Assembly (NCBI GenBank): GCA_020249045.1
Contig: JADCGK010000003.1
Location: forward strand, 17,077 to 81,076
From: Azospirillum sp.
GTDB taxonomy: Bacteria; Pseudomonadota; Alphaproteobacteria; CACIAM-22H2
DNA: 64,000 nucleotides
Direction of reading: 5' to 3'
Below, piece after piece: positions 29,840-44,581 of the stretch. Under the pieces are notes generated by a model. That model had not been told where the DNA came from. It ran no database searches and saw only the letters and a list, made by a program, of their open reading frames with translations. The first letter of the stretch is position 1; each line of letters starts with the position of its first letter. The translations under genes were made by a program, and so were the position numbers.

Positions 29840-32035
29840 TCACAGAAAACTGTAGGGATCGATATCCACCGCCAAGCGCACGGCGGACGGGATTTGCGTT
29901 TGCGCGAGCCAATCGCGCAAAACACCCTGCAAATCGACCTCGCGCGTCGCTTTGACCAGCAACCGGCGCCGATGCCGCCCGCGCAGGATCGCCATGGCCG
30001 CGGGCGCAGGGCCCAGCACTTCCACACCGGCACCGCGCGGCGCGGTCGCCCCCAGCCGTTTGGCGATGCGATCCACCAACGCTTCGTCCTCGCCCGACAG
30101 AACCAGCGCGGCCAAGCGCCCGAACGGCGGCCAGTTGCGCTTGCGCCGGTCCTCGCGCTCGGCCGCCAGGAAGCGCGCCCGGTCGCCCGCGACCAGCGCC
30201 TTCATCACCGGATGCTCGGGCATGTGGGTTTGCAGCAGCACGCGGCCGGGCCGTTCGGCGCGGCCCGCGCGGCCCGCGACCTGATGCAGCAACTGCCACG
30301 ACCGCTCGCCCGCGCGCAGATCCCCGCCCGCAAGGCCGATATCCGCGTCCACGATGCCCACCAGCGTCAGCAGCGGAAAATGGTGACCCTTCGCGACGAT
30401 CTGGGTGCCGACCAGGATGTCGATTTCCCGCGCGGCCATCGCGCGCACGAATTCGGCCGCCGCCGCCGGCCCCGCGACGGTGTCCGACGTCATCACCGCG
30501 ATCTTCGCGTCCGGGAACAGGGCTTGCGCCTCCTCCGCCACGCGCTCGACGCCCGGACCGCACGCGACGAACGAATCCTCGGCCGTGCAGGACGGGCATT
30601 GGCGCGGCAACGGTGCGGCATAGCCGCAATGATGGCATTGCAGACGCCCGTGCAGCCGGTGTTCGACCAGCCAAGCCGTGCAGCGCGGGCATTGCAGGCG
30701 ATGCCCGCACGCGCGGCACAAGGTCAACGGCGCGTAGCCGCGGCGGTTCAAGAACAGCATCGCCTGTTCGCCCGCCTCCAGCGCGTCGGCCAACGCCGCG
30801 CGCAAGGGCGGAGACAGGAACCGGCCGCGCGGCGGCGGGGTTTTGCGCAAATCGATCGCGGCGACCCGCGGCAGCGTGGCGCCGCCGTGGCGCGCGGGTA
30901 GTTCGACGCGGCCATAACGACCGCGCTCGACGTTGGCGAGCGTTTCGAGCGACGGGGTGGCCGAAGCGAGCACCACCGGCACGGCTTCGAAGCGCGCGCG
31001 CACCACGGCCATGTCGCGCGCGTGATAGATCGTGCCGTCCTCCTGCTTGAAGGCTTGCTCGTGCTCCTCGTCCACGACCACGAGCCCGAGATCGCGGAAC
31101 GGCAAGAACAGCGCCGAGCGTGCGCCGACGACCGTCCGCGCGCGGCCTTCGGCGATCTGCCGCCACACGCGCGCGCGCAGATGGCCGGGCAGTTCGGAAT
31201 GCCAGGCGACCGGGGGCGCGCCGAAGCGCTCTTCGAACCGCGCGAGCCATTGCGCGCTCATCGCGATTTCCGGCAGCAGCACCAGCGCTTGCTTGCCCGC
31301 CGCGAGCGTCGCGGCGACGGCCTCGAAATAGACCTCCGTTTTGCCCGAGCCGGTCACGCCGTCGAGCAGCGTCGTCGAGAAACCCGCGCCGCATTTCTCG
31401 AGCAGCGCATCGGCCGCCGCGCGCTGGTCGGGATTGAGGTCGGCGAGAACCGGCGCGCGCGACGGCGGCGCGCCGAAATCGGCGGGCAGATCGATCGGTT
31501 CGAGCCAGCCTTTGTCGACGAGCCCTTTGACGACCGCCGCACCCACCCCGGCCGCGCGCGCAAGCTCGCCCGGGGGTCGCGCGCCGGCCATCGCTTCGCG
31601 CAAAACCCTGCGGCGCGCGGGCGTCAATACGCCCGGTTCGTCGAGTTCGGGATCGGGCGCACCGGCCGCCAGCGCCACGGCGCGCTTGGGCTTGGGCGGC
31701 TCCAACGCGGCGGGCACGCTCATGGCCATGCGCAAAACCGTGCCCGGCGGCGACAGCGTGTAGCGCGCGACCCAATCCACGAAGCCGCGCAAGGGCGCGC
31801 GCATCGCGGGCGCGTCGAGCTTGCCGCGCACCGGCTTCAGCCGCGACGGTTCGAAAGCCGGATCGGGCGGTTCGTCCCACACGACGCCGGTTTCGGTCCG
31901 CGGCCCGAGCGGCACGCGCACGAAATCCCCGGCCGCGAGATCGAGCGCCTCGGGCACGGCGTAATCGTAGGGCCCCAGGCGCAAGGGGAGCATCACGCGC
32001 ACGCGCTTGCCCGGGCTGGATCGCGATTCGGCCAT
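29840..32035 (-). CDS. priA: Primosomal protein N' (replication restart helicase PriA)
   Basis: 731 aa. Walker [13 protein letters not shown] box, Cys4 zinc-binding CxxC...CxxC cluster. Confidence 0.9.
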   Translation of the reverse strand: MAESRSSPGKRVRVMLPLRLGPYDYAVPEALDLAAGDFVRVPLGPRTETGVVWDEPPDPAFEPSRLKPVRGKLDAPAMRAPLRGFVDWVARYTLSPPGTVLRMAMSVPAALEPPKPKRAVALAAGAPDPELDEPGVLTPARRRVLREAMAGARPPGELARAAGVGAAVVKGLVDKGWLEPIDLPADFGAPPSRAPVLADLNPDQRAAADALLEKCGAGFSTTLLDGVTGSGKTEVYFEAVAATLAAGKQALVLLPEIAMSAQWLARFEERFGAPPVAWHSELPGHLRARVWRQIAEGRARTVVGARSALFLPFRDLGLVVVDEEHEQAFKQEDGTIYHARDMAVVRARFEAVPVVLASATPSLETLANVERGRYGRVELPARHGGATLPRVAAIDLRKTPPPRGRFLSPPLRAALADALEAGEQAMLFLNRRGYAPLTLCRACGHRLQCPRCTAWLVEHRLHGRLQCHHCGYAAPLPRQCPSCTAEDSFVACGPGVERVAEEAQALFPDAKIAVMTSDTVAGPAAAAEFVRAMAAREIDILVGTQIVAKGHHFPLLTLVGIVDADIGLAGGDLRAGERSWQLLHQVAGRAGRAERPGRVLLQTHMPEHPVMKALVAGDRARFLAAEREDRRKRNWPPFGRLAALVLSGEDEALVDRIAKRLGATAPRGAGVEVLGPAPAAMAILRGRHRRRLLVKATREVDLQGVLRDWLAQTQIPSAVRLAVDIDPYSFL

Positions 32036-32163
32036 CGGCTAGACTCTGCGTCGTCGAGTCGCGCCCGCGCAAGCGTGCGCCGCAAAGTCCGGGTCGGAAC
32101 ATGCGAAAAAGCGTTCTCAGCGCCGCGCGAGGCCGATTCCGAAACGGGGGTCAGTGACGCGCG

Positions 32164-32898
32164 ATGGCCGACGGCGAAACCGCACAACCGCTTTCCGGCG
32201 CGGCCCCCTCGGGGTGGACCGGGCTTTCGGGCGCGAACGTCGCCGAATATCTGCGCCGGCATCCCGATTTCCTGCTGGAACATCCGGACCTGCTGTGGGT
32301 GCTGACGCCGCCGCAGCAGCGCACAGGCGACGGCGTGATCGACATGCAGCGCTACATGCTCGAGCGCATGAAGTCCGACCTCGCCAAGCTGACCGCGGCG
32401 CAGGCCGAATTGATCGCGACCAGCCGGGCCAACCTCGCCACGCAAGGGCGCATCCACGCCGCCGTGCTGGCCGCCCTCGGCGCCAAATCCCTGCCCCATT
32501 GCATCGACACGATCCTCGTCGATCTGCCGATGCATTTGGAGGTCGACGCGATCGGCCTGGGCTTCGAATCGCTCGATGCGCCGCCCGCGGGCGACGGCGC
32601 TTCGGCGTTGAAGATTCTGCCGCGCGGCACGGTCGATCGGGTGATGGGCGAACGGCGCGACATCCTGCTGCTGTCCGACGAACCGGGCGATCCCGCCATC
32701 TATGCCGGGGCTTCCACGCTGGTCCGCAGCCAGGCGCTGATGCGCCTGCGCCTGACGCGCGACATGCCGCCGGGCATCCTGGCTTTCGGCAGCCGCCAGA
32801 CGGGCAAGTTCCACCAGGGCCAGGGCACGGAGTTGCTGAGCTTCCTCGGGCGCGTCGTCGAATGCGCGCTGCACGGATGGCTCGCCCGCACGCGCTGA
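32164..32898 (+). CDS. DUF484-family protein (frequently partnered with xerC)
   Basis: ATG at 32164 verified. 244 aa. Its 3' end overlaps the xerC start by 22 nt. Confidence 0.7.
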   Translation: MADGETAQPLSGAAPSGWTGLSGANVAEYLRRHPDFLLEHPDLLWVLTPPQQRTGDGVIDMQRYMLERMKSDLAKLTAAQAELIATSRANLATQGRIHAAVLAALGAKSLPHCIDTILVDLPMHLEVDAIGLGFESLDAPPAGDGASALKILPRGTVDRVMGERRDILLLSDEPGDPAIYAGASTLVRSQALMRLRLTRDMPPGILAFGSRQTGKFHQGQGTELLSFLGRVVECALHGWLARTR

Positions 32899-33821
32899 CG
32901 CCCGGGTTCGTCGCGCGCGCGGACGCGCAAACGGCCGCCGTCGCCTGGCTCGACCGTCTTCGCCACGAACGCCGCGCGGCGCGCCACACGCTCGACGGCT
33001 ACGCGCGCGATCTGGGCGCGTTCCTCAAGTTCCTGGCCGGCCATCTGGGCGAAGCCGCCGATCTTGCGGCCCTCGCGAAGCTCGAACCCGCCGATTTCCG
33101 TGCCTTTCTCGCCGCCCGCCGCGCGGAAGGTTTGGCCGCGTCGTCCAACGCGCGCGCGTTGTCCGCGTTGCGCGGGTTCTTCGCGCATCTTGCGCGCGAG
33201 GGTTTGGCCGAAAACCCGCATGCGGCGGCCTTGCGCGGTCCCAAATTGCCGAAATCCGTCCCGAAGGCGCTGACGGCGGCGGACGCGGCCGCGGCACTCG
33301 ACATCGACGACGACGTGCCGTGGATCGCCGCACGCGACAAGGCGGTGCTGAGCTTGCTGTACGGCGCGGGGCTTCGCATCGACGAAGCCCTGTCGCTGAA
33401 CGCCGACGCCCTGCCGCTGGGCGAGACTTTGCGCGTGCTCGGCAAGGGCCGAAAGGCCCGCGACGTGCCGTTGCTGCCCGAAGTGCGCGACGCGATCGCC
33501 GCCTATTTGCGCCTGCGCCCGCCGAGCACCGGCAACGCCGCTCCGCTTTTCGTCGGCGTCAAAGGCAAGCGCTTGCGCGCGGAGATCGTGCAGAAGCGCT
33601 TACGCGCGTTGCGCTTGGATTTGGGCCTGCCCGACACGGCCACGCCGCACGCGCTGCGCCATTCCTTCGCCACGCATCTGCTGGGGGCGGGTGCGGATCT
33701 GCGCGCGATCCAGGAATTGCTGGGCCATGCCTCGCTGTCGACCACGCAGCGCTATACGGCCGTGGACGCCGAGCGCCTGCTCGACATCCACGCCGCGGCC
33801 CATCCCCGGGCGAAGGCGTAA
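32877..33821 (+). CDS. xerC: Tyrosine site-specific recombinase XerC
   Basis: ATG at 32877 verified in frame. R...HxxR...Y catalytic residues (HALRHSFATHLL ... LGHASLSTTQRYTAV). 314 aa. Confidence 0.85.
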   Translation: MARPHALTPGFVARADAQTAAVAWLDRLRHERRAARHTLDGYARDLGAFLKFLAGHLGEAADLAALAKLEPADFRAFLAARRAEGLAASSNARALSALRGFFAHLAREGLAENPHAAALRGPKLPKSVPKALTAADAAAALDIDDDVPWIAARDKAVLSLLYGAGLRIDEALSLNADALPLGETLRVLGKGRKARDVPLLPEVRDAIAAYLRLRPPSTGNAAPLFVGVKGKRLRAEIVQKRLRALRLDLGLPDTATPHALRHSFATHLLGAGADLRAIQELLGHASLSTTQRYTAVDAERLLDIHAAAHPRAKA

Positions 33822-33824
33822 CGC

Positions 33825-35234
<1,410 letters not shown>

Positions 35235-35276
35235 GGGAGTTTCCGTTCGATCTGATGGTGTCGCGAAAGAAGAAAA

Positions 35277-35297
35277 GGCCCCGGTCCGCGGGGCCTT
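35277..35297 (-). terminator. GC-rich hairpin plus T-run between sucB and lpdA (putative partial terminator/attenuator on the minus strand)
   Basis: The minus strand reads GGCCCCG-cggac-CGGGGCC followed by TTTTCTTCTTTCG. Confidence 0.4.
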
Positions 35298-35304
35298 TTC
35301 CGGA

Positions 35305-36501
35305 TCACATATCGAGGATCAGGCGGCCCGGATCTTCGACGCATTCCTTGACGCGCACGAGGAAGGTCACGGCCTCGCGCCCGTCGATGATGCGATGGTC
35401 GTAGCTGAGCGCCACATACATCATCGGGCGGATTTCAATCTTGTCGCCGATCGCCATGGGGCGCGGCTGGATCTTGTGCATCCCCAGAATGCCCGATTGC
35501 GGCGGGTTGAGGATGGGCGTGGACATCAGCGAACCGTAGATGCCGCCGTTCGTGATCGTGAACGTGCCGCCGGTCATTTCGTCCATCGTCAGCTTGCCGT
35601 CGCGCGCGCGGCGGCCGAAATCGCCGATCTTCTTTTCGATGTCGGCGAAGCCGAGCGCGTCGCAATCGCGCACCACCGGCACGACGAGGCCCTGGGGCGT
35701 GCCCACGGCGATGCCGATGTCGTAGTGGTTCTTGTAGACGATGTCCTGGCCGTCGATCTCGGCGTTGACGGCGGGCAGTTCCTTGAGCGCCACCACGCAC
35801 GCCTTGGCGAAGATCGACATGAAGCCGAGCTTGACGCCGTGGCGCTTCTCGAAGGTCTCGTTGTACTTCGTGCGCAGCGCCATCGCCGCGGTCATGTCGA
35901 TTTCGTTGAAGGTCGTCAGCATCGCCGCCGTGTTCTGCGCCTGCTTCAGGCGTTCGGCGATGCGCAGGCGAAGGCGCGTCATCTTCACGCGTTCCTCGCG
36001 GGGGCCGAGTTCGCGCGGGGCGGCCGGGGCGGCCGGCGCGGGCGCGGCGGCCTTGGGCGCAGCGGCGGCGGCCGCGACGTCGGCCTTGGTCACGCGGCCG
36101 TCTTTGCCGGAGCCCGCGACGGCGGCGGCGTCCATCCCGGCTTCGGACAACGCTTTGCGCGCGGCCGGACCGGGCTGGGCGGCGGCGGCTGGGGCCGGGG
36201 CGGGTGCCGCGGCCTTGGGCGCGGCGGCGGCCGCGGGGGCCGGGGCGGCGGCTTTGCCTGCGGCCCCTTCCAGGATTTCACCGAGCTTGGCGCCGACGCC
36301 GACAGTACCGCCGGCTTCCACCGAGATCGAGACGAGCTGGCCCGCGACCGGGGCCGGCACTTCGACCGTCACCTTGTCGGTTTCGAGTTCGCACAAGGCT
36401 TCGTCGGCCTTCACCGCGTCGCCGACCTTCTTGAACCATTTGGCGATCGTCGCTTCGGAGACCGACTCCCCCATCGGGGGCACTTTGATGTCGACGGGCA
36501 T
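35305..36501 (-). CDS. sucB: Dihydrolipoamide succinyltransferase (E2 of 2-oxoglutarate dehydrogenase)
   Basis: 398 aa; cat verified at 36499-36501. Lipoyl domain ETDKVTVEV. Ala/Pro-rich linkers. Catalytic DHRIIDG. Confidence 0.9.
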   Translation of the reverse strand: MPVDIKVPPMGESVSEATIAKWFKKVGDAVKADEALCELETDKVTVEVPAPVAGQLVSISVEAGGTVGVGAKLGEILEGAAGKAAAPAPAAAAAPKAAAPAPAPAAAAQPGPAARKALSEAGMDAAAVAGSGKDGRVTKADVAAAAAAPKAAAPAPAAPAAPRELGPREERVKMTRLRLRIAERLKQAQNTAAMLTTFNEIDMTAAMALRTKYNETFEKRHGVKLGFMSIFAKACVVALKELPAVNAEIDGQDIVYKNHYDIGIAVGTPQGLVVPVVRDCDALGFADIEKKIGDFGRRARDGKLTMDEMTGGTFTITNGGIYGSLMSTPILNPPQSGILGMHKIQPRPMAIGDKIEIRPMMYVALSYDHRIIDGREAVTFLVRVKECVEDPGRLILDM

Positions 36502-36533
36502 GGCGTTTCTTTCTTCTCGCGTTTCGGGCGATC

Positions 36534-39413
36534 TCAGATTTTCAGGGCTTCGTCGAGGAGCTTGGCTTGCTCGGCGTTGTGCCGCTTGTAGGAGCCTGTC
36601 GCCGTCGCGGCCGATTCGGCCCGGCCGGCGTAGCGCGGCCGCTTGCCGGCGATCGGCAGGTTGGCGAGCATCGCTTCCAAGCGCGGCTGGACGAAGGTCC
36701 AAGCACCCATGTTCTGCGGCTCTTCCTGGCACCAGACGATCTCGGCGTTCTTGTAGCGGCCGAGTTCCTTTTCCATCGTGGCGAGCGGGAACGGATACAG
36801 CTGCTCCACGCGCACGAGGGCGACGTCCTTGATCTCGCGCTTCGCGCGCTCCTCGTAAAGGTCGTAGTAGACCTTGCCCGAACACATCACCACGCGCTTG
36901 ACCTTGTCGTCGGCGGCGATCTTGTCGGTTTCGCCGAAGAAGCGGTGGAAGGTCGTGCCCGTGGCCATATCGGCCAGCTTCGACGTGGCGAGCTTGTGCC
37001 GCAGCAGCGACTTGGGCGTCATGATCAGCAAGGGCTTGCGGATCGTGCGGCGCACCTGGCGGCGCAGGGCGTGGAAGTAATTGGCCGGCGTCGTGATGTT
37101 GCAGACCTGCCAATTGTCCTCGGCGCACATCTGCAGGAAGCGCTCCATGCGGGCGGAGGAATGCTCCGGCCCCTGGCCTTCGTAGCCGTGCGGCAGCAGC
37201 ACGACGAGACCCGACATGCGCAGCCATTTGTGTTCGCCCGAGGAGATGAACTGGTCGAACATCGTCTGCGCGCCGTTGGCGAAATCGCCGAACTGCGCCT
37301 CCCACAGCACGAGCGCCTTGGGCTCGGCCAGCGAATAGCCGTATTCGAAGCCCAGCACGCCGAATTCCGAGAGCGGGGAATCGTGCACTTCGAACGTGGC
37401 TTGGTTCGGCGCCACGTTCTGCAGCGGCAGGTAACGCTTTTCGGTTTCCTGGTCGACCAGCACCGAATGGCGCTGGGAGAAGGTGCCGCGGCCGCAATCC
37501 TGGCCGGACAGACGCACGGGCGTGCCTTCGGCCACCAACGTGCCGAACGCCAGCGCCTCGGCCGTCGCCCAATCGATGCCTTCGCCCGCGTCGATCATCT
37601 TGCGCTTGGCGTCGAGATTGCGGCGCACGGTGCGGTGGACGTTGTGGCCGTCGGGCACGCGCGTCAGCGCCTCGCCGACCTTCTTGAGCAGGTCGGGCGA
37701 CACGGACGTGTTGCCGCGCCGGTCGTCGTTCTTGGCGGTTTCGATGCCCGCCCATTTGCCTTCGAGCCAGTCGGCCTTGTTCGGCTTGTAGCTTTTCGAG
37801 GCTTCGAGCTGGCTGTCCAGATGCGCGATGAAATCGTCGTAGATCTTCTGCGACTCCTCGGCCGGGATCGAGCCTTCGCGCGCGAGCTGCTCGGCGTAGA
37901 GCGTACGCGTGGTCTTGTGCGCCGCGATCTTCCGGTACATCAGCGGCTGGGTGAAAGACGGCTCGTCGGTCTCGTTGTGGCCGTGCCGGCGGTAGCACAC
38001 CATGTCGATGACGACGTCGCGGTGGAAGCGCTGGCGGAACTCGGTCGCGATGCGCGCGACGTGCACGACGGCTTCGGGATCGTCGGCGTTGACGTGGAAC
38101 ACCGGCACGCCCAGGCCCTTGGCGATGTCCGTGCAATAGACGCCCGAGCGCGAATAGTTCGGCGCGGTCGTGAAGCCGATCTGGTTGTTGACGACGAAGT
38201 GGATCGTCCCGCCGGTGCGGTAGCCGACGATATCCACGAACGACATCGTCTCGGGCACGATGCCCTGACCGGCGAAGGCCGCGTCGCCGTGCAGCAGCAG
38301 CGGCAGGACGGCCGTGCGCTCGACGTCGCCCAGCTGCGCCAATTTCGCGCGCGCCTTGCCGAGCACGACCGGGTTCACCGCCTCGAGATGCGACGGGTTG
38401 GCGGTCAGCGACAGATGGACCTTGTTGCCGTCGAACTCGCGGTCCGACGACGTGCCGAGATGGTATTTGACGTCGCCCGACCCTTGCACGTCGTCCGGAT
38501 GCGCGGCCACGCCCTGGAATTCGGAGAAGATCGCCACGTAGGGCTTGCCCATCACGTTGGCGAGCACGTTCAGGCGCCCGCGATGGGGCATGCCGATCAC
38601 GATCTCGCGCACGCCCAGCTGGCCGCCGCGCTTGATGATCTGTTCGAGGGCGGGCACGGCCGCCTCGCCGCCGTCCAGGCCGAAGCGCTTGGTGCCGACG
38701 AATTTGCGGTCGAGGAACCGCTCGAAGCCCTCGGCCGCCGTCAGACGCTCCAGGATCGCGCGCTTGCCGCGCAAGGTGAAGTCGGTCTGGTTGCGCGGGC
38801 CTTCGATGCGCTGCTGGATCCAGCTTTTCTGCTCGGGATCGGTGATGTGCAGGAATTCGACGCCGATCGAACCGCAATAGGTCGCCTTCAGCGCGGCGAC
38901 GATGTTGCGCAACGTGGCGGATTGCATGCCCAGCACGTTGTCGATGAAGATCGGCCGGTCCATGTCGGCTTCGGTGAAGCCGTAATGCGCGGGATCGAGT
39001 TCGGGGTGCGGCTCGCGCTTGGTCAGGCCCAGCGGATCGAGATTGGCCTCGAGATGTCCGCGCATCCGGTAGGCGCGGATCAGCATGATCGCGCGGATGG
39101 AATCGAGCGTGCGGGCCTTGGCTTGCTCCTCGGTCAAACCCTGGACCACGGGGGCCGCGGCGGCGTTCGCGTTCGCGGCCTTGCCCTTGGCGGGCATGGC
39201 GGCGGACGGATCGGCCGCCCCGATGACCTTGGTCTTCTCGCGGCCCCAGCGCGGCACGTAGTAGCCCGGACCGTCGGCCAGCATTTCGCGCAAGGTGCCG
39301 TGCCAGCTCGGATCGACGCTGGCCGGATCGGCGCGATAGCGCTCCAGCAATTCGGCGACGAAGACGGCGTTGCCGCCGTTGAACAGCGTGTCCAGATCCG
39401 GATGCGTCGCCAT
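36534..39413 (-). CDS. sucA: 2-oxoglutarate dehydrogenase E1 component
   Basis: 959 aa; start [10 protein letters not shown] verified (cat at 39411-39413). The rest of the 1246-aa track ORF is a read-through into the sucD frame. Confidence 0.9.
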   Translation of the reverse strand: MATHPDLDTLFNGGNAVFVAELLERYRADPASVDPSWHGTLREMLADGPGYYVPRWGREKTKVIGAADPSAAMPAKGKAANANAAAAPVVQGLTEEQAKARTLDSIRAIMLIRAYRMRGHLEANLDPLGLTKREPHPELDPAHYGFTEADMDRPIFIDNVLGMQSATLRNIVAALKATYCGSIGVEFLHITDPEQKSWIQQRIEGPRNQTDFTLRGKRAILERLTAAEGFERFLDRKFVGTKRFGLDGGEAAVPALEQIIKRGGQLGVREIVIGMPHRGRLNVLANVMGKPYVAIFSEFQGVAAHPDDVQGSGDVKYHLGTSSDREFDGNKVHLSLTANPSHLEAVNPVVLGKARAKLAQLGDVERTAVLPLLLHGDAAFAGQGIVPETMSFVDIVGYRTGGTIHFVVNNQIGFTTAPNYSRSGVYCTDIAKGLGVPVFHVNADDPEAVVHVARIATEFRQRFHRDVVIDMVCYRRHGHNETDEPSFTQPLMYRKIAAHKTTRTLYAEQLAREGSIPAEESQKIYDDFIAHLDSQLEASKSYKPNKADWLEGKWAGIETAKNDDRRGNTSVSPDLLKKVGEALTRVPDGHNVHRTVRRNLDAKRKMIDAGEGIDWATAEALAFGTLVAEGTPVRLSGQDCGRGTFSQRHSVLVDQETEKRYLPLQNVAPNQATFEVHDSPLSEFGVLGFEYGYSLAEPKALVLWEAQFGDFANGAQTMFDQFISSGEHKWLRMSGLVVLLPHGYEGQGPEHSSARMERFLQMCAEDNWQVCNITTPANYFHALRRQVRRTIRKPLLIMTPKSLLRHKLATSKLADMATGTTFHRFFGETDKIAADDKVKRVVMCSGKVYYDLYEERAKREIKDVALVRVEQLYPFPLATMEKELGRYKNAEIVWCQEEPQNMGAWTFVQPRLEAMLANLPIAGKRPRYAGRAESAATATGSYKRHNAEQAKLLDEALKI

Positions 39414-39433
39414 CTTGCCCTCGCTCTTTCGGT

Positions 39434-40309
39434 TCAGCCTTGCATCGCCTTCAACATGGTCGAGCCCAACGCGGCCGGGCTGTCGGCGACCAGATAGCCC
39501 GCCGATTTCATCGCTTCGAACTTGTCGCCGGCCGTGCCCTTGCCGCCCGAGATGATGGCGCCCGCATGACCCATGCGCCGGCCCGGGGGCGCGGTCACGC
39601 CCGCGATGAAACCCGCGATCGGCTTCTTGACCTTCGAGGCCTTGTAGAACGCGGCCGCCTCTTCCTCGGCCGAACCGCCGATTTCGCCGATCATGATGAT
39701 GCCGGCGGTTTCGGGATCGGCGAGGAAAAGCTCGAGCGCGTCGATGAAATTCGTGCCGTTGACCGGGTCGCCGCCGATGCCGATGCAGGTCGTCTGGCCG
39801 AGGCCCGCGGCCGTCGTCTGGGCGACCGCTTCGTAGGTCAGCGTGCCCGACCGGCTGACGATGCCGATCTTGCCGCGCGTGTGGATGTGGCCGGGCATGA
39901 TGCCGATCTTGCATTCGCCGGGCGTGATGACGCCGGGGCAGTTGGGCCCGATCAGACGCGTCTTGCTGCCCGCCATCGCGCGCTTGACGCGCACCATGTC
40001 GAGCACCGGGATGCCTTCGGTGATGCACACGACCAAGCGCAGCTTGGCGTCCACCGCTTCGAGGATCGCGTCGGCCGCGAAGGGCGGGGGCACGTAGATG
40101 ACCGAGGCGTCGGCGCCCGTCGTGCGGACCGCTTCGTCGACCGTGTCGAAAACCGGCAGGTCGAGATGCTTGGTCCCGCCTTTGCCCGGCGTCACGCCAC
40201 CGACCATCTTGGTGCCGTAGGCGATCGCCTGTTCGGAATGGAAGGTGCCTTGCGCGCCGGTGAAGCCCTGGCAAATCACCTTGGTGTTCTTGTCGACCAG
40301 TACGGCCAT
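39434..40309 (-). CDS. sucD: Succinyl-CoA ligase subunit alpha
   Basis: 291 aa. Canonical CoA-ligase alpha motifs including the phosphohistidine region GHAGAI. Confidence 0.9.
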   Translation of the reverse strand: MAVLVDKNTKVICQGFTGAQGTFHSEQAIAYGTKMVGGVTPGKGGTKHLDLPVFDTVDEAVRTTGADASVIYVPPPFAADAILEAVDAKLRLVVCITEGIPVLDMVRVKRAMAGSKTRLIGPNCPGVITPGECKIGIMPGHIHTRGKIGIVSRSGTLTYEAVAQTTAAGLGQTTCIGIGGDPVNGTNFIDALELFLADPETAGIIMIGEIGGSAEEEAAAFYKASKVKKPIAGFIAGVTAPPGRRMGHAGAIISGGKGTAGDKFEAMKSAGYLVADSPAALGSTMLKAMQG

Positions 40310-40310
40310 G

Positions 40311-41507
<1,197 letters not shown>

Positions 41508-41606
41508 GGACGATCCGCGAAAAGGGTTGGAATTCGGAAGGTTAGACCCGGGCGGGGGGACGGAGCAACCCGCCCCCGCCCGGGATCGCGCCGAAGCGCG
41601 GGCACC

Positions 41607-42752
<1,146 letters not shown>

Positions 42753-42801
42753 TTAGCGACCGAGGCTGAATCGAGGGTTAATCGGTCCGGCGCGGGCGCT
42801 T

Positions 42802-43878
42802 TCAGCGCCGGGGAGCGGCTTCGACGAAGACGTCGACCTGTTGGCCGACGAACGCCGGGAAAGCCGGGTCGGCGACGGCGTAAATCGCCTGGAGTACGCG
42901 GGTATCCACGCGTTCGGAGGTACCGCCCGTCAGCGAGCGTTTCGGCACCACGTAAGGCTCGACGCGCACGAACGACAGCGCGCTGGCGATGCGCGAATCC
43001 CCGCGCAGTCGGGCGATCGCAGGGGCGCCCGGGCGCAAACGCTGCGCGTCGACCTCGTCGATGTCCACGCGCACATGCAGCGGCGCGACGTTGCCCATCA
43101 GCGCCAGCGCCGTGGCCGGCGCGCCGGCTTGCGCGAATTCGCCCAAGCGCACGTTGATCTGCAGCACGCGGCCGGCGATGGGCGCGCGCACGACGGTCCG
43201 CTCGACGTCGACTTGCGCGCGGGCGAGTTGGGCGGCGGCCTCCAAACGCACCGCGTCGAACTCGACGCGCTGGGCTTCGAGCACGTCGACTTGGCGGCGC
43301 GCGGCCTCCGCCCCGGCGCGCGCGCCCTGTAGCGACGCGTCCGCCCGGCGCGAATCGGCGACGGCGCTGTCCAAACGCTGCCGGCTGGCGAATTCGTTGC
43401 GCGACAATTCCTGGAACCGCGCGCGGTCCGCCTCGGCGCGTTCGCGCTCGGCCGCCGCGCCCGCGACGGACGTCCCCGCCTGGGCGGCGAGCGCGCGCTG
43501 CTGGGCGATCTGCCGGTCGATGCGCTGGACTGCCGCGGCCGCGTTGGCCGCGCGCGCTTCGGCCTGCATGAGGTTTGCGCGATATACGCGGCCGTCGATT
43601 TCGAACAACGGCGCGCCTTGGGGCAAATCCTCGCCCTCCTTGGCGTGGATCCTAACGACCACGCCGCCCAATTCCGTCGCCACCGCGACGATTTCGCTGC
43701 TCGGCTCGACCAAGCCCGACCCCGCGATGGCCGCCGGAAAGGGATTGCTCGGCGGCGGCAGCACGGGATCGGTCAACGGCCGCGCGCGGTCGGCCGCCGC
43801 GATCGACCAGACCGCGAAGATCAAAGCGCCGCCCGCCGCGACGGGCAGGATATGGCGCACGAAGCTGGGGCGTTTCAT
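42802..43878 (-). CDS. HlyD-family membrane fusion (periplasmic adaptor) protein
   Basis: Start MKRPSFVRHILPVAAGGALIFAVW verified (cat at 43876-43878); ATGA overlap with the ABC ATPase stop. Long coiled-coil region. Confidence 0.75.
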   Translation of the reverse strand: MKRPSFVRHILPVAAGGALIFAVWSIAAADRARPLTDPVLPPPSNPFPAAIAGSGLVEPSSEIVAVATELGGVVVRIHAKEGEDLPQGAPLFEIDGRVYRANLMQAEARAANAAAAVQRIDRQIAQQRALAAQAGTSVAGAAAERERAEADRARFQELSRNEFASRQRLDSAVADSRRADASLQGARAGAEAARRQVDVLEAQRVEFDAVRLEAAAQLARAQVDVERTVVRAPIAGRVLQINVRLGEFAQAGAPATALALMGNVAPLHVRVDIDEVDAQRLRPGAPAIARLRGDSRIASALSFVRVEPYVVPKRSLTGGTSERVDTRVLQAIYAVADPAFPAFVGQQVDVFVEAAPRR

Positions 43879-44579
43879 GGGACGATCTCCGGGGCTTTGT
43901 CCTCGACGGCCGCGATCCGCCCGTCTTCCATCCGCACGATGCGGTCGGCGAAGTCGAAAATCCGATGGTCGTGGGTGACCACGATCGTGGCGCGGTCCGC
44001 ACGGACGGACGCCGCGCGCAACAACTCCATCGCGTTGCGCCCGCCGGTCGCGTCGAGCGCGGCGGTCGGCTCGTCGCACACCACGAGCTTGGGCTCGTGC
44101 ACCAGCGCGCGCGCGATCGCCACGCGCTGCTGCTGGCCGCCGGACAATTGGCGCGGCAATTTGCGCGCGTGCTCGCCCATGCCCAGCCGTTCGAGCAGCG
44201 GCATCGCCTTCTTCGCCGCCGTTTCGAGATCGATCCCCGCCGCGACCAGGGGCACGGCGGCGTTCTCGGCGGCGGTCAACGCGGGCAGCAGATTGTATTG
44301 CTGGAAGATGAAGCCCAGATTGGCCCGGCGGAACGCGACGCGCGCGGAATCCGACATGCGCGCGACGTCGTGCCCGTCGACTTCGACCGCGCCCGAATCG
44401 AACGACAGAATGCCGCTGACGATCGACAGCAGCGTCGTCTTCCCGCAGCCCGACGGGCCCACCAGCATGGTCATCTCGCCCCACGGCACGTCGATGTCCA
44501 CGCCGTGCAGCACGCGCAGCGGCCCCGCCTCCGAATCGAAGGATTTGACGACGTTCCGGCAGCGCACGGCCAGGGTCAT
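43875..44579 (-). CDS. ABC transporter ATP-binding protein (MacB/DevA-type)
   Basis: 234 aa; cat verified at 44577-44579. Walker A GPSGCGKTT, signature LSGGQQQRVAIARAL, Walker B LVVCDEPT. Confidence 0.85.
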   Translation of the reverse strand: MTLAVRCRNVVKSFDSEAGPLRVLHGVDIDVPWGEMTMLVGPSGCGKTTLLSIVSGILSFDSGAVEVDGHDVARMSDSARVAFRRANLGFIFQQYNLLPALTAAENAAVPLVAAGIDLETAAKKAMPLLERLGMGEHARKLPRQLSGGQQQRVAIARALVHEPKLVVCDEPTAALDATGGRNAMELLRAASVRADRATIVVTHDHRIFDFADRIVRMEDGRIAAVEDKAPEIVP

Positions 44580-44581
44580 GC

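Noticed and set aside
32877-33821. Tyrosine recombinase as a prophage or integrative-element integrase
   Set aside because: Paired with DUF484 as chromosomal xerC normally is. No att-like tRNA, phage or conjugation genes nearby, and flanking genes are core (priA, lpdA).
36567-39497. 976-aa plus-strand ORF
   Set aside because: Antisense to sucA, whose product is unambiguous. Repetitive Arg/Ala/Gly-rich translation; a GC-skew artefact.
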